DNA of 63,579 nucleotides, filler included, from Octopus bimaculoides (GCF_001194135.2; 4 parts of 4 records of this genome joined end to end with filler, not necessarily neighbours in it), one strand, 5' to 3'; numbered from the whole stretch's first letter, positions 22,786-36,799 are shown. The notes: generated by a model not told the origin, from the letters alone. A program made the numbers and translations.

Positions 22786-23093
22786 ATATGGCTGTGTGGT
22801 AAGTAGCTTACTTACCAACCACATGGTTCCGGGTTCAGTTCCACTGCATGGCACCTTGGGCAAGTTTCTTCTACTATCGCCTCGGGCCGACCATAGCTTT
22901 GTGAGTGGATCTGGTAGACGGAAACTGAAAGAAACCCGTCGTGTATATGTATATATGTGTGTATGTTTGTGTGTCTGTGTTTGTCCTCCCCAACATCACT
23001 TGACAAATGATGCTGGTGTGTTTACGTCCCTGTAACTTAGCGGTTCGGCAAAAGAGACCGATAGAATAAGTACTAGGCTTACAAAGAATAAGT
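22786..23093 (+). mobile_element. SINE family B, truncated by a gap
   Basis: tggctgtgtggtaagtagcttacttaccaaccacatggttccgggttcagttccactgc... Confidence 0.9.
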
Positions 23094-23337
23094 NNNNNNN
23101 NNNNNNNNNNNNNNNNNNNNNNNNNNNNNNNNNNNNNNNNNNNNNNNNNNNNNNNNNNNNNNNNNNNNNNNNNNNNNNNNNNNNNNNNNNNNNNNNNNNN
23201 NNNNNNNNNNNNNNNNNNNNNNNNNNNNNNNNNNNNNNNNNNNNNNNNNNNNNNNNNNNNNNNNNNNNNNNNNNNNNNNNNNNNNNNNNNNNNNNNNNNN
23301 NNNNNNNNNNNNNNNNNNNNNNNNNNNNNNNNNNNNN

Positions 23338-23848
23338 AAGAGCGAAGACGTGGTATGAGCAAACCCCAGGAGGAGTCACCGAAAATGAGAACTGCAAATT
23401 CCTGTGGGATGTGATGATCCAGTGCGATCACCTGACATAGGAAACCGGACATTGTTGTGGTGAATAAAAAAGAAAGAACATGCATGATAATCGACATAGT
23501 ATACCCCGGTGACAGCAGGATCAATGTAAAAGAAGAAGAAAGAATAAACAACTATGGCGATTTGAAGTGGGAAATACGGAAGTTGTGGCCAATGAAGAGA
23601 GTAGACGCGATACCAAGAGTAATTGGTGCAGTTGGAAGTATCAGCACTCAACTACCAGAAGGGCTGAAAAAGATTGGTACAAATGTAAAGGTAGAACACC
23701 TACAAAAATCAGCATCGCTTGGAACTGCAGGAATTCTTCGCAGGGTTCATGAAGCATGACCAGAAAAGAAGTGTCGCCTTAGTCTGCTGGCTGTGGACAG
23801 CTGACACTTTCCATCATACCCAGCAAAATAAGCTGTGAGTATTCATAT
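23338..23848 (+). mobile_element. 3' end of an R4/Dong-like non-LTR retrotransposon (restriction-like endonuclease domain plus 3' UTR)
   Basis: WYEQTPGGVTENENCKFLWDVMIQCDH / KPDIVVVNKKERTCMIIDIVYPGD..KEEERINNYGDLKWEIRKLW..VIGAVG..LQKSASLGTAGILRRV matches the R4-clade PD-(D/E)xK RLE pattern; one frameshift. Confidence 0.88.

Positions 23849-23914
<66 letters not shown>
23849..23914. repeat. (CAA)n(TAA)n tract at the R4/Dong-like 3' junction
   Basis: Read directly. Confidence 0.95.
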
Positions 23915-23916
<2 letters not shown>

Positions 23917-24000
23917 TTCGGACGCATTTTAAATGCTAGCATTTTTTTATTATAAAAATGACATTAGAGTACCAAATATATTCATTACATAACTGATATA

Positions 24001-24472
24001 CAGGGGTTCTGCATATTATCTAAAATTTGAATATTACATCCTGGTGATGGCCACCACTACGAAATGAACATTCACGAGCTCGCTTTCTCATATCAAGCAT
24101 ACTGCGGCTTAGCATATCAACTGGAATGGCTGCAATCGCCTGTCTCATGGAAGTTTGTGACAGCACGCAAGATCATCTTTCGAGATGATGATGTATGTCG
24201 CTTTCCAAAATGCTGCCAGAATTTTCTTTGGGCTGCAACAATGGATCTTTGGCTGGTAAACTATGCTTTGACAATGTAGGGACTTTCTTTTCAAGTTCAC
24301 GACATTTTGATGGTTACCGACACCAATTACTAGTAAAAAATATTCTAATCTTAGATAATATGCTGAACTCTTCTATATCGGTTATGTAATAAATATATTT
24401 GTTACTCTATGCCATTTCTATTAGCCAAGATACTAGCATTTAAAATGTAGCCCATCATTATGGCCCACCCTG
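24001..24472 (-). mobile_element. Internally deleted Tc1/mariner-superfamily element (rosa/DD41D-like)
   Basis: TA on both flanks and CAGGG termini. Minus strand fuses N-terminal SIVAAQRKFWQHFGKR..MILRAVTNFHETG to C-terminal AIAAIPVDML..RARECSFRSGGHHQDVIFKF*. Confidence 0.72.
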
Positions 24473-24483
24473 TATATATAATA

Positions 24484-24915
24484 TTTTATTCTTTCATTCT
24501 TTTACTTCCTTCAAGCATTTGACTGCAGCCATGCTGGAGCACCGCCTTAAAGGAGTTTTTTAGTCGAAGAAATCGACCCCAAGATCTATTCTTTGTAAGC
24601 CTTGTAATTATTCTATCGGTCTCTTTTACCGACCGAATCGCTAAGTTACGGGGATGTAAACATACCAACATCAGTTGTCAAGCGATGGTGGGGTGGACAA
24701 ACAGAGAAACAAAGATACACACACGCATAGATACACTCACTCACACAAACACACACACACATATATACGACAGGCTTCTTTCAGTTTCCGTCTACAAAAT
24801 CCACTCACAAGGCTTTGGTCGGCCCAAGGCTATATTAGACACTTGCTCAAAGGGCCTCGCAGTGGGACTGAAGCCGGAAACACGTGGTTGGGAAGCAAGC
24901 TTCTTACACACATTC
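24484..24915 (-). mobile_element. SINE family B, full length
   Basis: Reverse complement of the 6974 copy, including the internal CA tract. Confidence 0.88.
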
Positions 24916-25031
24916 ACATATGCATACGAGGACATACATACGTACATACATACATAAAGCAAAACATACAAATCTACACATGTACTGACTCCAAATATTG
25001 TACACATACACACCAACATGCACAAACACCA

Positions 25032-25130
25032 TGTTGTTGATGTTAAAACTCCAATAAAGGAGACTTGGATGCAAGTTAAGAAACCGACTCTTTCTCTTTT
25101 GGTAAGAAATCTAGAAATAAACTGAATAAC
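25032..25130 (+). mobile_element. Family E ~100-bp module
   Basis: Homologous to 1232-1331 and 35180-35282; followed by (GACA)n. Confidence 0.7.
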
Positions 25131-25904
25131 AGACAGACAGACACACACACAAACATAGACACCGACAGGTAGACGGACAGACATACAGCCATAGTTACGT
25201 TTGAGTGTAGATAGATCCTTATACATGTACTTAAATACATAGATAGACATACACACACTCATGTATACAGATAAATAGGCAGATAGATACGTACATGGAG
25301 ACACGCGCACGCACACGATATGCGTATATACTTGTGTATTTTTCCTACGCCTAGACAACATATTAAAGTGTTCAATAAACATAATATTTTGAATTCCATT
25401 CTCTTTAACCCCAATTATACATACCCCCACACACACACACACACACATCTCCACACAAATTCCACTCACCTGTCACCTCGCAACGCTTCCAAACACCACT
25501 CTAAAATTACCTTAACTTAACACCCCACATATCTTCCATACAGCCTAACACCACTTCCTCCCCGGTATTTAAAACGTGTTGTACTCGTTCACCTTGCACT
25601 GACGAATCTAAATATCTAGGGATTAGCCTCAGATTTACTCCGTCCACTTCATATAATCCCGTCTTCATGTCTACAACGCTATGTTTAAAGCATTTAAGAC
25701 AGAGCCCGATTTGAGACTTGCTCCGGATGTAGGAAGAGTGCAGATTTGGAATATAATATTTTGTAATACAAATATATTCTAATTCATTTTAATAAAATAC
25801 AATTTATTATAATGTGTCTGATATAACACTGCAATATGACGCCTAACAGATTATCATACAATGTAATATAATATATCGTAATATAGCGTAATAAAATGGC
25901 AGCG

Positions 25905-26100
25905 ATCTGATAGAGTCGTCTACATGGTTGGCAGCAGCTGTTCGTCTGTCTTTAGGTTGTAAATTCAAATGCCAACGAGGTCGTCTTTGCTTTTGGTTCG
26001 TTCAAGATCAATAAAATAAGTACCAGTTGAATATTGGGGTCGACGTAAACGACTAGTCTTCTTACCCGGAAATGCTGGCTTGTGCCAGAATTTGAAATCA
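25905..26100 (+). mobile_element. SINE family C, diverged
   Basis: aattcaaatgccaacgaggtcgtctttgc...ataagtaccagttgaatattggggtcgacg. Confidence 0.7.
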
Positions 26101-26321
26101 ATATTGTAGCATAATAAAAGGCTGCGAGCTGACACATGCTGACACACGCTGACACATATACAACATAAACAGCATTAATAATATAGGAGATGGAATGTCT
26201 GTTGAACATTTTTGCTTTTTTGCTATTTATACATTTTATATATTTTTCCATTATACATTCATATATATATATATATATAGTTACGTACTTACATATATAT
26301 ATACGTATATGTGTGTGTGTT

Positions 26322-26680
26322 AATTCTTTTATTTGTTTCAGTCATTTGACTGTGGCCATGCTGGAGCACCGCTTTTAGCCGAACAAATCGACCCCAGGAC
26401 ATTCTTTGTAAGCCTAGTACTCAATCTATCGGTCTCTTTTGTCGAACCTCTATGTTACGGGGACGTAAAAACACCAACGTCGGTTGCCAAGCGATGGTGG
26501 GAGGGGGATAAACATAGACACACAAACATATATATATACGATGGGCTTCTTTCAGTTTCCGTCTACCAAATCCATCCACAAGGCTTCGGTCGACCCGAGG
26601 CTATAGCAGAAGACACTTGCCCAAGGTGCCACGCAGTGGGACTGAACCCGGAGCAATGTGGTTGGTAAGCACACAGCCAT
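26322..26680 (-). mobile_element. SINE family B
   Basis: tttcagtcatttgactgtggccatgctggagcacc...ccaaggtgccacgcagtgggactgaacccgg. Confidence 0.9.
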
Positions 26681-26968
26681 TCCTATCCCATATACATACG
26701 TATATGTATGTACCATATATTATAAACACACGCTTTTATACATATAACTATATACAGGAACACATATATATTTATATGTACAGGCGTACACACACACGCA
26801 CATATACATATACACACATGCATGCATGCATACATACATGTATACTTATACTTACATACATAAATACGAGTGTACATACTTCTATCCATACACACATACT
26901 TAGATACACGCCTACACACATACATACATACATACACACCTACACATGCACACGCACACATACACACA

Positions 26969-27000
<32 letters not shown>

Positions 27001-27585
27001 CAGGCAGGCAGGCATGCATAGATATATATTATCTTTGCACAGAAAAGAAAAAACGACGAATGTGATACCAGGTAATTTTTCAGCCATTTAGACCGGACTC
27101 AATGACGCCAATCTAAGTGGTTGGTCGGTTGAGATAACTTGATGGTTGTTAGATAAGTGGATGACCTGGTGAAGTGACCTGAAAGCGGAAGGTTGACTCA
27201 GTGAAACTCACAGATAGTTACCGGTGAAAGTTGTATGAGACCTTCATTAAGTATGTTCCGGGTAGAGCGTGTCATTCGCTGATCTGATTCTGGTCTGCTT
27301 GCTTCAAACAAAGGCGCATTTTTGCGCGCACACGTGTGCAGTCTTAATAATGTTGAGGGGTTTTTTTTTGTATATTTTTTTATACGAGTTCCTTGTTGTT
27401 TATTGCATACTGTTATAATTGTTGAAGGTAGAATATGCACACGAGCACACACACGCACACACACACANNNNNNNNNNACGCAGACCCGCGAACACACACA
27501 CAATAAAAACTGCGGGTGTGTGTGTGAATGTGTTATTGTGTGCGCGCGTGTGTGTGTACATGTGTGGATGTCTGTGCGGGCGCCC

Positions 27586-27617
<32 letters not shown>

Positions 27618-27704
27618 CCCCGCTCCGTAAGTCTGTTACTTGATCAGAATTTAAGTTTGTTATTCTATGAATAGAGTGAAACTGTGAGGAAGCCGATCGT
27701 ACAC

Positions 27705-27766
<62 letters not shown>

Positions 27767-27854
27767 ATGTATGTATATATACATACCTATTATTGGGATA
27801 CCGTGGTAGCTCTCAGTTATGCTCCAGACTACGTCTAACTTCACCGATTAGTAT

Positions 27855-28170
27855 AGACCGGGCTTTGTGAGTGTTTATTGAGCGAAAAAACCTAAAGCTC
27901 CACGAGGCTCCGACAGGGGGTAGTGGTGAATTCTGCTGTATTCTTTCACCACAACTTTCTCTCACTCTTTCTTCTTGTTTATGTTGTACCTGGATTTCAA
28001 AGGACCAACCTTGGCACACACTGTGTCACGCTGAATCTCCCCCAAAAACTACGTTAAGGGTACAAGTGTCTGTGGAGTCCTCAGTCATTTGCACGCTAAT
28101 TTCACGAGCAGGCTGTTCCGTTGCGCATATCAACTGCAACCCTCGTCGTCGCAACCGACGGAGTAGCACG
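27855..28170 (+). mobile_element. SINE family D, 5'-truncated
   Basis: Body and 3' end (caactgcaaccctcgtcgtcgcaaccgacggagt) match 9420-9811. Confidence 0.88.
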
Positions 28171-28171
28171 A

Positions 28172-28247
<76 letters not shown>

Positions 28248-29379
28248 AAAACACACACGAGCATATATATATTTACAGAGAGAGAGAGGATGAGAGAGAG
28301 AGAGGGGATGAGAGGAAGAGAGGGGATGAGAGAGAGAGAGGGAGGTGGGGTTGGAATACAGGTAATATTAAGCAAAAGAGAACAGTGTTAGTTACAATGT
28401 ATATTTTATTATTTTATTAACTTATCTCTTTGATTATTTAGAAACTGGCTGAATATTCTTTTATTACATTAATGCAGAGAGTTTTGTTGTAACAAAGCTC
28501 TTCAGTTAATGTTTTGTAATGTATCTACTTGTGTTCTTTCTTTAAACATAAAATGAGATAAAACCATGTCCTTCACCGAATTGCATTCTTGAGGCATATT
28601 CGCTGCTATGTTTGTGCTATAACTTATGTATGATCATGACTATTTTAACGCTTAGGTGTATATCTCCCTATATCCACGGTTGTTTGAATGCTTTACTGCA
28701 TGCATGAAGCTGGATGTGAGTGTATTTGTTTGAACGCTTTAGTATTGCGCCTGCATGTACAAATATTATGTTAATGTGTCAATATGTGTCTGTTTAGTCG
28801 TGTACAGATATCCTTTTACATACCCATAGGGTATGCAAGCTAGCTGTTGCTAGTATAGTAAATTCATTGTAGAAGGTTGGTCTCTCTAACATAATTACTT
28901 ATAAAGCACAGAATGCCATTAGAAGAGAAAAAAAAGAACAGAAAAGAGAAATAATATCAAAAGGAAATGTGTGTTCAATTGGGATTTCATGTTTCCTGAA
29001 AAAGGGATGTTTTTACAGTTTCCTTGTATGTAATTATTGATTTATTGGAGAGAGAAAAAAAGGGCCCACTCTAACGCTATTATTAATTAAGGCACAAAAT
29101 CCTGTTTTGGGAGAAAGAAAGAATAAAATCAAAAGACGAAAGTTAAAAAAAATATAATTGAAACAAAATGTGTTCCATTGATATTTTATTATGTTTATAT
29201 TCTTATTGGGAATTTTTATTTACTTTTTTTTTAAGTTTGTACGAAAGCATATGAGGTACGAAAAAATTGATTCTTTGTGTCTGTTGTATAACGAAGAGAG
29301 AAATACAAACAAATGTACAACAACGTTAGAAGAGTTGTATATAGAATGAACAAATATAGGAGCAATCGTGGCTGCGTGG

Positions 29380-29535
29380 TTAGGGGGGGGGCTCGCTTTG
29401 CAGAGCCGTGTTTTCGACTCAGTGCCACTGTGTGCGGCACCTTCCGAAAGTGAAATCTGGTATAATAAATACCAAGCCGAGACCATCGTCTTGTAAGTGA
29501 ATTTAGTAGACAAAAACTACGTCAAAGTCGGTCAT
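29380..29535 (+). mobile_element. SINE family B, diverged 5' half
   Basis: tggctgcgtggtt...ctcagtgccactgtgtgcggcacc...gtgaatttagtagacaaaaact. Confidence 0.55.
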
Positions 29536-29969
29536 GAATATACATACATATACATATGAAACAGGTTATATATATATATATACATATATATNNNNNNNNN
29601 NNNNNNNNNNNNNNNNNNNNNNNNNNNNNNNNNNNNNNNNNNNNNNNNNNNNNNNNNNNNNNNNNNNNNNNNNNNNNNNNNNNNNNNNNNNNNNNNNNNN
29701 NNNNNNNNNNNNNNNNNNNNNNNNNNNNNNNNNNNNNNNNNNNNNNNNNNNNNNNNNNNNNNNNNNNNNNNNNNNNNNNNNNNNNNNNNNNNNNNNNNNN
29801 NNNNNNNNNNNNNNNNNNNNNNNNNNNNNNNNNNNNNNNNNNNNNNNNNNNNNNNNNNNNNNNNNNNNNNNNNNNNNNNNNNNNNNNNNNNNNNNNNNNN
29901 NNNNNNNNNNNNNNNNNNNNNNNNNNNNNNNNNNNNNNNNNNNNNNNNNNNNNNNNNNNNNNNNNNNNN

Positions 29970-30000
<31 letters not shown>

Positions 30001-30009
30001 TGTATGTAT

Positions 30010-30460
30010 GTATGTATCTTTTACCTGTTTCATTCATGAGACTGCGGCCACGCTGGGGCACTGACCTGAATTTTTAGTCGAATGAATCAACCCAGTGCTT
30101 ATTTTATCGATCACTTTTTACCGAACCACTAGCCGTCACGCAGAGAGACTGAACCCGGAAGCATGTAGTTGGGAAGCAAGCTCCTTACCACGCAACAACT
30201 CCTGCGCGTATTCTTTATACATACGCACGCACACACACACGTGTGTGTGTGTGTGTGTGCGTGTGTGTAGCTTTGTGTCTGTGTTCGACTCCCACCACCG
30301 CAAAACAACGATCGTTACTTTCTCTACGTCCCCATAACATAGCAGTTCGCAAAAGTGATCGATAGAATAAGTATCAGACTTTAAAAGACAAAAGAATTCT
30401 CCAATGTGGTGCTCCAGCTTGGCCGCACTCCAATGACTGCAACAGAAAAAAGATAAAAAT
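30010..30460. mobile_element. Two SINE family B fragments in opposite orientation
   Basis: 30010-30200 is a deleted minus copy and 30270-30460 is a plus 3' half. Confidence 0.7.
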
Positions 30461-30622
30461 TTATACGATTCACACAAACAAAGCAATATGTTTATTTTAG
30501 AATTCGGTAATTAAGAAAATGATTTATCTCCCTTTGTAGTAAAAAAACCAACCAACTCAAGTGGGGTGGGGTGGATTGCGAATGATTACTAGTAATACAA
30601 TTGAAGAACAAACCAGTTAATG

Positions 30623-30657
<35 letters not shown>

Positions 30658-30659
30658 CG

Positions 30660-31067
30660 TGTGCGTGCGTGCGTGTCTGCCAGTCTGTGTGTCATGTATT
30701 TTTATGTGAATATGGTGATTATGTGTATGTATGTATATATGTATACATGTATGTGTGTATATGCGTGCGCGAGTCTGTGTGTCGATTTGTATTTTTATGT
30801 CTATGTGTGTATGCATGTATATATGTATACATGTATGTGTGTGTGTGTGTCTACGAGTTTCTTACTTGACGTATTTTTAAGTGTATATGTGTATGTGCGT
30901 ATATATACATATGTGCATGTGTGTGTGTGGCGGGTGTCTGCGAGTCTGTGTGTCTTGACATGTGTTTTTATGTGTATATTGTGTATATATGTATACATGT
31001 ATGTGTGTACATGTGTGCACGCGTCTATGTGACGACTTGTATTTTTATGTCTGTGTATATGTGTATG

Positions 31068-31098
<31 letters not shown>

Positions 31099-31230
31099 AT
31101 GTGTGCACATATATATGTGTGTAGCTGTGTGTGTGTATGTGCTTGTGTGTGTTTAGCGAGTTGTGTACCTTTGTATATTTGTAAGTGTATGTGCATATGT
31201 ATATATACATATGTGTGTGTGTGCGTGTGT
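30660..31230. repeat. Degenerate minisatellite (~75-90 bp unit) inside a TG/TA-rich tract
   Basis: Recurring gcgagtctgtgtgtc(ga)cttgtatttttatgt...tatatgtatacatgtatgtgtgt, about 6-7 copies. Confidence 0.7.
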
Positions 31231-32129
31231 GTATTTAATGAAAGCAAGTATGTGTTTTTGCGCGTGAGTGAAAGAGTGTCTGAGCGCATGCGTGCGACGT
31301 TTGCGTGTGCAAGTGTATGCCGAGTGTTTCTCAGGTGTATGTGAGTCGGCGAAAGACGTTGTAATGATCATATCTATGTGTGTATGTGTATGTTTCTCTG
31401 TTTTCCTATGTCCCTTTGTGAGAGCGTGACTCTGCATGTCTGCGTGCGTGTATGTGTGTGTGTGTGTGTGTACGTGTGTGCGTGCGTGCGTGTATGTGTG
31501 ATTGCATGCCTGTGCGAGTGAAGGAGAATGCAAATGTGTATGTATGTATGTCTGCATGTGTCTGCGCTTATGTATGAATACGTGTTTATCTCTCAGTATG
31601 TGTGCGCGTAAGGGAATGAGAGAAAGCGTGAGTATATGTATATGCCTTGCGCGTGTTAATTTGTGTACGAATACGTGCGTCTCTGTGTGTGTGTCTGTGT
31701 GTTTGCGTGCATCGGTGATCGTCAGTGTTTGTCAGCACATCTGTAAGTGTGTGTGCTCGAATATGCGCGTGCAATTATCAATAAACAAATTTATCACTTT
31801 CTTTGTATTATATAAATTGATATAAATTAATAGGATTTAATAATTATATCTTCTCATCTCTCCCATACATCCCTACCTCACCATACATTACAAACATACA
31901 TACTTACATACATGTATGTGTGTGTGTGTGTGTGTATGTATATATATATATAATATATATATNNNNNNNNNNNNNNNNNNNNNNNNNNNNNNNNNNNNNN
32001 NNNNNNNNNNNNNNNNNNNNNNNNNNNNNNNNNNNNNNNNNNNNNNNNNNNNNNNNNNNNNNNNNNNNNNNNNNNNNNNNNNNNNNNNNNNNNNNNNNNN
32101 NNNNNNNNNNNNNNNNNNNNNNNNNNNNN

Positions 32130-32172
<43 letters not shown>

Positions 32173-33587
32173 TATATATAGATATATTTATAGATATATA
32201 TATATATATTTATATATATTTATAGATATGTATATATATTTTTAGATATATATATATATATTTATATATATATATATATAGATATAGATATAGTTATATA
32301 TGTATATAATGTGCTGGTTATATATATATATTCATGTTTATAGTTTTCTCCCATTCGCGCTCTTGTTCACACACATCCCTAAGAGCAGTATTTTCACCTC
32401 TATGAAATCTAATATCAAGTTGAACGCAATTTGATCCTACTTGAGTTATGTGTATATCATGGATATCAGAAATATCTTCAAATATCTTTATTGTCAGCTA
32501 TGAATTAAATACAAATTGACGTCATCAGCAATCAACATCAAGTCAAGTAGTGGCAGAGGTAGTCGTGTCGTATGAGAACACCCAAAATTATTGTCTCTTA
32601 CTTATTGACAAACTAAATAGTTGAGGGTGAAAATTTGTTGGGGTAGTTATGTATATAAAATATTACAATATATTCTATTTGTTTTGCGACGTAATAGCTA
32701 ATTAAATGTAGCTTAGTTGCATATAGTGGAAATATATACAATGGATTGAAGTCTGTATTATGTCCTCAAAAGTTATTTTCTCTTGGTTATTGTCAGAATG
32801 ACAACAACTAAGGCGGGGTTAGATCTATAAAGCATCATAATAGAGATATCACGTCTAATTGCTGCAGTGGAATGAAAACTGTATTGTGTCTCCTACAATT
32901 ATTGTCTATTGTTTAGTGTCGAGACAAATAGTTCTCTCTAAAACACAGTAATATACTCCAGTTGTTTGTGATATAATAGCTACTTCATAATGGAGCGCAT
33001 ATGCAACATTCGTCAGTGCTGCATGATGTGTGCAAGAGTTATTGTCACCTGTTTAATGTGAAAATATATGACTAACGTAAATTTATTAGCATGTATTCCA
33101 CTTGTTATATGACATACGAGAATAGAAGCTTTAATATATAATCTAATGCTCTTCTTGTTGTTGTTGTTGTTGCTGCTGCTGTTGTTGTTGTTGTTTGAAA
33201 ACTTGAGAAAGGATGTTGCTCTATGAGAAAGCGTCAGAGAAAGCGAGAGGAAGCTGAATGCAATGGTGGACTGAGAAAAGGAGTCGTAGTTGCCGTTTTC
33301 TTTCTCGTTCCGCCTTTTTCCATTCCATCTTGACATTCACCTTCCGCTTGGTGTTTTTCTCGAAGACCAGCGACCTTTCTTGACTTTCAAATAAGCCCAG
33401 TCATGTGTATTTGAGCCTGAAGGATTGCTTGGAGAGACAAAGCATAATATATAAATCTGCCGAATAATTGTTTCCTCAGCATAAAACTATTGGTAGCTAT
33501 CTAAATAATATGCATATTGAAGTGTGTGTGTGTGCGTGCGTGTGTGTATGCGAGTGTATGTATGCGAGTGTGTGTGTGTCTGTGTGT

Positions 33588-33621
<34 letters not shown>

Positions 33622-34412
33622 CTGTGTTTGTGCGTGCGTGATGGACTGCATTATTTAATCTGACCATTTCTAATTCAAGATGCTTAGAAAGTGAATTAAA
33701 GAAGCTATCATTGCTATTTCAGGTTGATTGAACAACCGGCTAAAGTTTTCCTCGTTGGTTTGTTAATCTTACTGTATATATTGACGGTAGATGTAGTGAG
33801 ATTAACGTTGAATTATGTCACCAGATATTATTATATTTTTATGTTTATTGTCAAAACAAAATGGCTGATGTGGGAAAGCAATCGGTGGCTTACTTCTATA
33901 AAACAACACAATACTCTCCATTTTCTTAAGAACCACCATAACATAATGTCCTGCATTGCAAACATTGGTCATATCAGGTGACAAGTATTCGATATTATTT
34001 ATTTACTGTACTGTGTCACCTATAATTATTATTCCTTACTACTTGTGAAAACAAATGGCGGAAATAGAAAAACAGAGGCCATTGGAGTCTTTATAAAATG
34101 CGGTAATATAATAGCATATGTGTGACATATATTTCAAGGGAATAAGAAACATCAGAATTTAAGGCTTAAGGGAATATGGGTCAGAGATAAACCACTTTAT
34201 AAGTTTATATAAGAATTCTGGAATGAAATAACAGATATAAATAGTTCATTTTAGCAAAAGCATTTACAAGATGGCGATTGATTATGTCTGTATACGTTTC
34301 TTGTTTAAAGCTAAAATTGAACTAAGCAATGAGAGTTACGTGTGTCATTATCACAGAAGAGCGAAACGCAGGAGGATCAGCCATCTCCAGTAAAAAAGAA
34401 TCATACATATGT

Positions 34413-34445
<33 letters not shown>

Positions 34446-34449
34446 TATT

Positions 34450-34507
<58 letters not shown>

Positions 34508-34508
<1 letters not shown>

Positions 34509-34770
34509 GGAGTGGCTGTGTGGTAAGTATAGCCACAGTAGTGTTGTGTGGTAAGTAGCTTGTTTACCAACCACATGGTTCTTGGTTCAGTCCCACTACG
34601 TGGCACCCTGGGCAAGGGTCTTCTGCTATAGCCCCGAGCTGACTAAAGCCTTGTGAGTAGATTTGGTACACGGAAACTGAAAGAGGCCAGTCGTATTTGT
34701 TTGTGTGTCGCTGTTTATCCCCACTATCAACGCTTGACAATCGATGTTGCAGTATTTACGTTCCCGTAAC
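34508..34770 (+). mobile_element. SINE family B with a duplicated head
   Basis: aggagtggctgtgtggtaagta occurs, then tgtgtggtaagtagcttgtttaccaaccacatgg repeats the head; body follows. Confidence 0.85.
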
Positions 34771-35179
34771 TTATATATATATATACACACACACACACGT
34801 GTGTGGATGTCTATGTATGTATGTATGTATGTATGCATGTACATATATACACATACACACCTGGATATGTAACACACTGCCTAAATACCAACCTTGAGAA
34901 ATTAGGCTTCTCAAAACCAGAAAGGAGAAAGCTAATTCGGAGACTACAGATCCAATCCATCACTGGAACTGTAAAAATCTGTAAAACATTCCAGAAGTTT
35001 ATCATTTAAGTATATATAAGCATGTCTAGATTTGCAACTATATGCATGAAAATACATACATAAAGCAAAACACAAATCTGCACACATACATACATGCATG
35101 CATGCATACATACATACATACATACATACATACGTACATGCATACATACATACATACATACATACATACAAAAATACTC

Positions 35180-35282
35180 TGTTGTTGACGTTGAAATTCC
35201 AATGAAGGAACTTTGGATCTAGGTTAGAACCCGGATCTTTCTCTTTTGGCAAGAGGTCTTGAAATAAAACATTCCACAACGA
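35180..35282 (+). mobile_element. Family E ~100-bp module inside (TACA)n
   Basis: gttgttgacgttgaaattccaatgaaggaactttggatctaggttagaacccggatctttctc...aaataaaac. Confidence 0.75.
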
Positions 35283-35856
35283 CATACATACGTATACGTG
35301 TGTGCGCGTGACAGATGTGTGTATGTTTCTGTATTTGTGTGTACGTGTATCTGTATGAATATCAGTTTCAAGACGCTAAACGAACTGATTGTGTGAAGAA
35401 ATGTATGTGTGTGTATGCATGTGAGTTGGGTTTGTATGCAAGGAAATTTGATATAGACTTATGTATATATATATGTGTGTATGTATACATAAGCATATAA
35501 GTGTATATGTGTGTATTTATATATATTTATGCCTGTGTGTGTATACAGATACATATTTATATACAAACATACATATATACATACATACAAATATATATAT
35601 ATATACATATATATANNNNNNNNNNNNNNNNNNNNNNNNNNNNNNNNNNNNNNNNNNNNNNNNNNNNNNNNNNNNNNNNNNNNNNNNNNNNNNNNNNNNN
35701 NNNNNNNNNNNNNNNNNNNNNNNNNNNNNNNNNNNNNNNNNNNNNNNNNNNNNNNNNNNNNNNNNNNNNNNNNNNNNNNNNNNNNNNNNNNNNNNNNNNN
35801 NNNNNNNNNNNNNNNNNNNNNNNNNNNNNNNNNNNNNNNNNNNNNNATACATATAA

Positions 35857-35930
<74 letters not shown>

Positions 35931-36591
35931 TGTACCACCATATATATTTGTTTTTCTTTTGTTAGTGCATTTGTCTGTGGGTGTAATAAGACGTTGTTAT
36001 CGCTGAGAAGAAAATGTCTCAAATCGTAGGAACAATTTGATTTAGATTAATTACTTGAGGCTTGTTTGGGTGGATGGTATATTAAAGAGCTGATTGGATA
36101 AATTACACTTTACACATTTCTTATTTGCCCGGTTACTAACACGAACACTGGGCGTCTCAAAGTCATCCCGCAGAAAAAGTTTGTTTCATGAATTGATTGT
36201 CATTCAGATTATAACGTCTGAAAAAGTGTATGACCACTAAATTTAATGCATGAAATGTATCACTTTGTATGTAATTTGAAATAAATGGCATTCGTTTACC
36301 GAAACGTACATAACATTGATTTCACATCTTTCCTCAACAATAATCATGGTCATTCACTCCGTGATGATTATAGCAAACTTATTTGATATATGAGTACAAT
36401 ACCTTGATTGGTGAAACTCTGCTTCAGTAACTGGCCCGAACCATAAGCAATTATTCTTTGTTCTTTGGTTAATGAAAAAGCATAACATCTACACCCCTAC
36501 TCGAACTTTAGGCTAGCCATGAAGTACAAAACTGATCGCCTGGATTTTACTTAACTTTGTGAACTATATATATATATATATATATATATAT

Positions 36592-36691
36592 NNNNNNNNN
36601 NNNNNNNNNNNNNNNNNNNNNNNNNNNNNNNNNNNTTAATTAATTAANNNNNNNNNNNNNNNNNNNNNNNNNNNNNNNNNNNNNNNNNNNN
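36592..36691. other. Artificial 100-bp scaffold spacer
   Basis: N44-TTAATTAATTAA-N44. Confidence 0.9.
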
Positions 36692-36799
36692 CTTGGCTGA
36701 AACACATAAATAAATAAATAAATAAATACACATACATACATACATACATACATAATGATGACTGTCCACTCGTGACCTAGGAAGATCATCACTGTTACT

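Noticed and set aside
33013-33440. Purine-skewed, moderately GC-rich stretch with poly-N/T ORFs
   Set aside because: All frames are interrupted by stops and no family is recognisable.
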